From a virus (Duplodnaviria > Heunggongvirae > Uroviricota > Caudoviricetes), in the IMG/VR virus record IMGVR_UViG_2671181054_000001, positions 1-20,122 of that record: a DNA stretch of 20,122 nucleotides. One strand, 5' to 3'. The position numbers and the translations under genes are program-made. The notes beneath the pieces were generated by a model. The model ran no database searches, had not been told where the DNA came from, and saw nothing but the letters and a program-made list of their open reading frames with translations. Shown in pieces: positions 15,446-20,122 of the stretch; position 1 is the first letter of the stretch; each line of letters opens with the position of its first letter.

Positions 15446-15633
15446 ATACAGCATTCGCACTCGTTCTGACAGTTTTTCTTAATACAGGCGAACCACTTGA
15501 CCTTATTGTTGATATACGTGACTCAATGGAAGAATGCATGGCTGCCGCAGATGAACAGAAAATTCCCGGTAACTGTTATCCGGTCGATAAAGTTATTCGC
15601 ATGAATAATAACGAAGTCCCGGCAGGGCTTTAA
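15442..15633 (+). CDS. Hypothetical small protein with N-terminal hydrophobic (signal/TM-like) segment, 63 aa
   Basis: MNTAFALVLTVFLNTG hydrophobic start; AAGGA upstream; two Cys in acidic C-terminal part. Confidence 0.4.
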   Translation: MNTAFALVLTVFLNTGEPLDLIVDIRDSMEECMAAADEQKIPGNCYPVDKVIRMNNNEVPAGL

Positions 15634-15724
15634 ACCAGCACAGTAATAAATATCCGGTTTCATTTTTATATGCCAGCAATGGGCAGGGATTTGTTCACCC
15701 TAAAAATGGTTATGAGGTTTATCA

Positions 15725-18160
15725 ATGAGCACTGATAAAGAAGAAATTGCACTATATTACGAAGCCAAAAATGACAAAGTCAGAAAACGTCTTGGGATTA
15801 AAGGCGGTTTTTACTGGCGCACAGCAAAAAAATTATCGGTTGCAATATCACGCGGTGTTGTCGCAATGGACGATGCCGGATTTGACGAAGAGGATTTTAA
15901 AAAACCTGTTCGCGTCCATTTACCCGTTGTGAATGACCTTCCTCCGGAAGGCGTGTTTGATATCGAATTCTGCAACCGATACGAAAAAGGCGGGGAAGAT
16001 GGTATCACAATGGTACTTATCGCGCCCTCGCCCTCTGTTCAGGATAAACCAGCCAGCACTGACAATACCAACGTCAACGGCGAAGACCTGGCTGAGATTG
16101 AGGAGAACATGCTCCTGCCGGTTTCAGGTCAGATTCTGCCTGTTCGATGGCTGGCACAGCACGGCAGCGAAAAACCGATCACACACGTTTCGCGGGACGA
16201 ACTGCGCGCATTACATAACGCACAGGATGAAAAACTTCCCGCCGTTACCGCGCTGGCTATCTCAAATAAAGCAGCGCAACTCGAACCGCTGGAGATTCGC
16301 GATCTCCACAAACTGGTGCGAGACACTGACAAAGTTTTCCCCGCCCCCGTAAATTCGGACCTGGGACTGATAACCTCTTTTATCGAAGCATACCTGGACG
16401 CCGACTACACCGATCGCGGTCTGCTGACAAAAGAGTGGATGAAAGGAAATCGTGTTTCGCGTATCACCCGTACGGCTTCCGGTGCAAATGCCGGTGGCGG
16501 GAACAAAACCGATCGCAATCCGAATTTAGTACACACCTTCGATACGCTGGATGTGGAGATTGCAGCAGCCACACTTCCGATGGATTTTAATATTTATGAA
16601 ATTCCGGGCAGCGTTTATCGTCGCGCAAAAGAAATCGTCCTGAAAAGAGAAAGTCCGTTCAAAGAATGGTCCGCAGCACTTCGCGCAACCCCGGGTATTC
16701 TGGATTATTCCCGCGCCGCTATTTTTGCACTTATCCGGAGCACTCACCCTGAGTTTTATCACTACCCGGGACGCCTTCAGGGGTATATCAACGCCCACTT
16801 AACGGAGACTGATCACGAGAACCCCAGCAAGGAAACTCTCACTGCTGCACGACATACACCGGAAAAAGACATCCTGGAAGAAGTTAACCGCGAACTGGCT
16901 GCTGAACGCGAAACAGAAGAAGAAAAAAATAATGAGGAAAAATCACAACCGTCTGACGCAATGGCAGATGAACAGGCAACGACTGAAGCAATGGGACAGG
17001 ATACAACTGAATATCGCCAGGACACACAATCGCTGGATACTCAGGCACAGATAAATCCGGTTAATCAGGTAAAAGTTACCGCTGACGAAGTAAACAAAAT
17101 TATGCAGGCAGCCAATATCAACCAGCCTGATGCCGACAAAATACTGGCAGTCCATCGCGGTGAATTCGTTGACGGAATTAGCGACCCGAATGATCCGAAA
17201 TGGGTTAAGGGGATTGAAACCCGCAATTCTGTGAACCAGAACCAGCCCGAATCGGAACAAAACAGCCAAAATGCGTTACAAAACGAGCCAGAAACGAAAC
17301 AGCCTGAACCAGAAGAGCAACAAGAACCGGAAAAAGTCTGCACCGCCTGCGGTCAGACCGGCGGCGACAACTGTCCTGACTGTGGCGCGGTGATGGGCGA
17401 CGCAACATACCAGGAAACATTCGATGAAAAAAATCAGGCTGAAGTTCAGGAAGATGATCCGGAGGAAATGGAAGGCGCTGAACATCCACACAAGGAGAAC
17501 ACTGGCGGCAATCAGCATCACAATAGCGATAATGAAACTGGCGAGACGGCAGATCACTCAATTAAGGTGAACGGTCATCACGAAATCACATCCACCAGCA
17601 GGACGTGTGACCATCTAATGATCGACCTTGAAACCATGGGAAAAAATCCTGATGCCCCGATCATCTCAATAGGTGCAATATTTTTCGATCCGCAAACCGG
17701 AGATATGGGACCGGAATTTAGTAAGACTATCGATCTGGAAACTGCTGGCGGAGTCATTGATCGGGACACCATTAAATGGTGGCTTAAGCAATCACGCGAA
17801 GCGCAATCTGCCATTATGACCGATGAAATCCCGTTAGATGATGCACTACTGCAATTGCGGGAATTTATCGACGAAAACTCCGGTGAATTTTTTGTTCAGG
17901 TCTGGGGTAATGGGGCCAACTTCGACAACGTGATTTTACGCCGTTCATACGAACGACAGGGTATCCCCTGCCCGTGGCGCTACTGCAACGATCGCGATGT
18001 ACGCACAATCGTTGAGCTGGGGAAAGCCATAGACTTCGATGCCAGAACTGCTATCCCATTCGAAGGTGAGCGCCATAATGCACTTGATGACGCTCGTTAC
18101 CAGGCAAAATACGTTTCAGCTATCTGGCAAAAACTGATCCCGAGTCAGGCTGATTTTTAA
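15725..18160 (+). CDS. RecE-like (exonuclease VIII-like) large prophage protein whose C-terminal domain is a DEDDh (DnaQ-like) 3'-5' exonuclease fold; 811 aa
   Basis: N-terminal and middle regions resemble Rac RecE as I recall it (NTNVNGED..EIEENMLLP..RWLAQHGSEKP..THVSRD; GLLTKEWMKGNRVS.ITRTASGANAGGGN; Cys4 ribbon CTACGQTGGDNCPDCG). C-terminus has Exo I DLETMG, Exo II GNGANFD, Exo III HNALDDA. Confidence 0.7.
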   Translation: MSTDKEEIALYYEAKNDKVRKRLGIKGGFYWRTAKKLSVAISRGVVAMDDAGFDEEDFKKPVRVHLPVVNDLPPEGVFDIEFCNRYEKGGEDGITMVLIAPSPSVQDKPASTDNTNVNGEDLAEIEENMLLPVSGQILPVRWLAQHGSEKPITHVSRDELRALHNAQDEKLPAVTALAISNKAAQLEPLEIRDLHKLVRDTDKVFPAPVNSDLGLITSFIEAYLDADYTDRGLLTKEWMKGNRVSRITRTASGANAGGGNKTDRNPNLVHTFDTLDVEIAAATLPMDFNIYEIPGSVYRRAKEIVLKRESPFKEWSAALRATPGILDYSRAAIFALIRSTHPEFYHYPGRLQGYINAHLTETDHENPSKETLTAARHTPEKDILEEVNRELAAERETEEEKNNEEKSQPSDAMADEQATTEAMGQDTTEYRQDTQSLDTQAQINPVNQVKVTADEVNKIMQAANINQPDADKILAVHRGEFVDGISDPNDPKWVKGIETRNSVNQNQPESEQNSQNALQNEPETKQPEPEEQQEPEKVCTACGQTGGDNCPDCGAVMGDATYQETFDEKNQAEVQEDDPEEMEGAEHPHKENTGGNQHHNSDNETGETADHSIKVNGHHEITSTSRTCDHLMIDLETMGKNPDAPIISIGAIFFDPQTGDMGPEFSKTIDLETAGGVIDRDTIKWWLKQSREAQSAIMTDEIPLDDALLQLREFIDENSGEFFVQVWGNGANFDNVILRRSYERQGIPCPWRYCNDRDVRTIVELGKAIDFDARTAIPFEGERHNALDDARYQAKYVSAIWQKLIPSQADF

Positions 18161-18221
18161 TGTTCAACCGTCGCCAGTTGTCGTTGGTATTCTGCAACTG
18201 GCGCGTTCCGGAGTGATAGCC

Positions 18222-18491
18222 ATGAGCGAACAGTACCTGATAACGCTCGATGAGTGGAAGCCAAAACGGTTCAGTCTCCCAATAACAAACACTACCCTGG
18301 TGAAATACGGAAAACTAGGATACATCGTTCCAAGACCACAAAAAATTCGTGGGCGTTGGCTGATAGATCGCCGAGCAGTATTTGTTGGACCTGGTGAAAC
18401 AGGAATTGCGCCGGAAATTCATACTGGCGATGATGATGCACTGAAGGAGATTTTAACTCATGTCACCGAGGCCACGAAAAAACAGCACTGA
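18222..18491 (+). CDS. xis: Excisionase-like protein (Xis), about 89 aa
   Basis: Small basic ORF immediately upstream of and overlapping integrase by 32 nt; GGAG 8 nt upstream of ATG. Call is positional. Confidence 0.5.
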   Translation: MSEQYLITLDEWKPKRFSLPITNTTLVKYGKLGYIVPRPQKIRGRWLIDRRAVFVGPGETGIAPEIHTGDDDALKEILTHVTEATKKQH

Positions 18492-19578
18492 CGTAGCCGG
18501 ACTTTACGAAAAATTTGATCGCAGAACTGGCAGAGTTTACTACCAGTATAAAAACCCTGTGACTGGAAAATTTCACGGGCTCGGAACAGACAAAGGTAAG
18601 GCAGAAAAAATCGCTTCCACAGCCAATCAGCGAATAGCTGCAGCAGAGGCTGAATATTTCATGCGCAAAATTGATGAAAGTCCGTCAGCAACAAAGCGTC
18701 GGGGTATCAGATTAAAGGCATGGGTTGATCGATATCTGAAAATACAGGACACGCGACTGAAAAATGGAGATATTGCAGCTACAACTCACAAAGAAAAAGC
18801 CCGAATGGCTGCATACCTGGTTTCCCGTCTGGGAAACCACCCATTGAAAGAACTGGAAGTAAGAGACTTTGCATTAATACTGGATGAGTGGCTGGATAAA
18901 GACATGGTCAGCACAGCGAGAGTAAATCGTGGATTATGGGTTGATATTTATAAAGAAGCACAGCATGCAGGGGAAGTTCCTCCTGGATGGAATCCTCCGG
19001 AGGCTACCCGTAAACCGATCCCTAAAGTAACTAGAGCCAGGCTCACCCTGGAAGACTGGCAAAAAATTTACAACGCAACGCCTGAAAAACACTTTATCCG
19101 TAACGCAATGCTTCTTGCGATTGTTACTGGTCAGCGCCGTGATGACATTTGCCACATGCGTTTTTCAGATGTGTGGAACGAACACTTGCATATCACCCAG
19201 GGAAAAACCGGAATGCGTCTGGCGTTACCGCTTACACTACGCTGTGATGCCATTGGGATAACGTTAAAAGAAGTTATTGATGGGTGCCGAGACAGAATAT
19301 TAAGTCCATATCTAATCCATAGTCGGCACCAGAAACAACCAAAGCCGATGAGTAAAGACAACCTGAGCGACTACTTTGCCAAAGCACGGGATCTGGCTGG
19401 GATAACTCCACCAGCAGGAAAAACTCCGCCAACATTTCATGAACAACGCTCCCTGTCAGAACGATTGTACCGCGCGCAGGGTATTGATACAAAAACATTA
19501 CTGGGACATAAAGTCCAGGCAACCACCGATCGTTATAACGATACTCGTGGTCAGGAATGGGTTAAATTGGTTGTTTGA
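18460..19578 (+). CDS. int: Lambda-family tyrosine integrase, 372 aa
   Basis: N-terminal arm-binding region resembles lambda Int (RDPRTGKEFGLG-like: YKNPVTGKFHGLG); C-terminal catalytic H-x-x-R (HEQRSL) and Tyr motif (TTDRYNDTRGQEW, cf. lambda ASQYRDDRGREW). Confidence 0.9.
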   Translation: MSPRPRKNSTDVAGLYEKFDRRTGRVYYQYKNPVTGKFHGLGTDKGKAEKIASTANQRIAAAEAEYFMRKIDESPSATKRRGIRLKAWVDRYLKIQDTRLKNGDIAATTHKEKARMAAYLVSRLGNHPLKELEVRDFALILDEWLDKDMVSTARVNRGLWVDIYKEAQHAGEVPPGWNPPEATRKPIPKVTRARLTLEDWQKIYNATPEKHFIRNAMLLAIVTGQRRDDICHMRFSDVWNEHLHITQGKTGMRLALPLTLRCDAIGITLKEVIDGCRDRILSPYLIHSRHQKQPKPMSKDNLSDYFAKARDLAGITPPAGKTPPTFHEQRSLSERLYRAQGIDTKTLLGHKVQATTDRYNDTRGQEWVKLVV

Positions 19579-19623
19579 CGAAATAAATACAGCTGAAAAA
19601 TGTTGATATTGCTTTGCTAGTGT

Positions 19624-19646
19624 AAAAACCCCGGCATCAACCGGGG
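19624..19646 (-). terminator. Rho-independent terminator for the minus-strand gene at window end
   Basis: CCCCGG-catcaa-CCGGGG stem with T5 following on the minus strand. Confidence 0.5.
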
Positions 19647-19654
19647 TTCGGAGA

Positions 19655-20122
19655 CTAATCTTGATCAGGTTCCTGCTTAGAATAATGTTTTCCAACAATA
19701 AATGCCGTAACCAATGCAACAAGATCTATTGAAACGAGAGTTCCGGCAAGAACTGTCTCCCCCATGACGCCAAAGACAGTGGCAGCTAAGATGATCAATA
19801 TTGCCAACCAAAAAGCCTTTGTTTGACCATCTCTGGCAATATCAATGCTATCAGCCACTGTTTTATGGCGATGAGCCTGCTCTTTTTCGGTCAACTCAAC
19901 AAGTCGATTTGCAAGCCCAGGCACCAGTTGATCATACTTTTTAAGCATTGAAGGTGGCGGAACAGGCCCCTGAAAATGCTGGCAAACAATAGCCCGCACC
20001 TGCGGACTATCCAAAACCCTGTTTAAGACCTCTGGATTTTCGATTACTCGAGAAACCAGTTCATTATCCTTTTGTTCTTCACAAGTGAGTTTGGTGTTCT
20101 CACTTTCTTTTTGATCTGGCAT
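19655..20122 (-). CDS. Membrane protein with two C-terminal TM helices (possibly DUF2335-like); N-terminus may extend beyond the window
   Basis: ORF begins exactly at window edge; hydrophobic helices AFWLAILIILAATVFGVMG and LAGTLVSIDLVALVTAFIVG; lies outside the integrase, so may be flanking host or other element DNA. Confidence 0.45.
   Translation of the reverse strand: MPDQKESENTKLTCEEQKDNELVSRVIENPEVLNRVLDSPQVRAIVCQHFQGPVPPPSMLKKYDQLVPGLANRLVELTEKEQAHRHKTVADSIDIARDGQTKAFWLAILIILAATVFGVMGETVLAGTLVSIDLVALVTAFIVGKHYSKQEPDQD

Larger units (their letters stand above)
1..19654. mobile_element. Lambdoid prophage segment (Rac-like early region, DLP12/lambda-like late region); integrase end near 19.6 kb, remainder of prophage presumably continues left of position 1
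   Basis: Canonical module order and polarity: int-xis-exo and repressor on one strand, cro-like/replication/nin/Q/holin/endolysin on the other, bor opposed to the lysis genes. Many ATGA/TAATG gene junctions. Confidence 0.85.

Noticed and set aside
15747-17814. Multiple plus- and minus-strand ORFs (61-139 aa) inside the 811-aa exonuclease gene
   Set aside because: All embedded in or antisense to a long CDS with clear exonuclease motifs; Cys/Arg/Ser-rich out-of-frame translations.
18171-18203. 9-bp inverted repeat CGCCAGTTG ... CAACTGGCG between exonuclease and xis
   Set aside because: Could be an RNA hairpin, but the 15-nt loop and absence of a U-tract make a terminator call unsupported; function unclear.
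18934-19722. Minus-strand ORFs of 73-82 aa inside integrase and a 74-aa ORF overlapping the window-end gene
   Set aside because: Antisense or alternative frames of well-supported CDSs.
1-20122. CRISPR arrays, tRNA/tmRNA genes, rRNA, insertion sequences
   Set aside because: No regularly spaced direct repeats, no tRNA-like cloverleaf noticed next to the integrase, no transposase-like ORF or terminal inverted repeats. A dedicated tRNA/IS scan could still find something I missed by eye.

Overview
The window is about 19.6 kb of a lambdoid enterobacterial prophage (a Rac-like early region joined to a DLP12/lambda-like late region), running from the integrase end to the lysis/bor module, with almost every gene translationally coupled. 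Right to left on the minus strand: Cro-like HTH, YdaT-like, replication initiator, DnaC-like loader, DUF1627-like, a hypothetical, then a foreign island, nin-region genes, antiterminator Q, an AppY-like AraC regulator, two holin-like genes and a GH108 endolysin. On the plus strand: DUF1398 protein, Bor lipoprotein, a CI/RacR-like repressor, small early genes, a RecE-like exonuclease, excisionase and a lambda-type integrase. The most interesting element is a visibly AT-rich island (about 5.1-9.4 kb) carrying a Dcm-type cytosine-5 methyltransferase translationally coupled to a 660-aa protein with an N-terminal GHKL ATPase domain and an unassigned C-terminal region. I read this as a candidate ATP-dependent restriction-like defence module; whether this exact pair has been characterised cannot be determined without a database search. 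Other points worth a second look are a terminator-insulated AraC moron in the Q-holin slot, three copies of a 19-bp palindrome in the replication gene, and shared operator palindromes flanking the repressor. All calls rest on reading the sequence and recalled family knowledge; no searches were run, and GC values are by-eye estimates.
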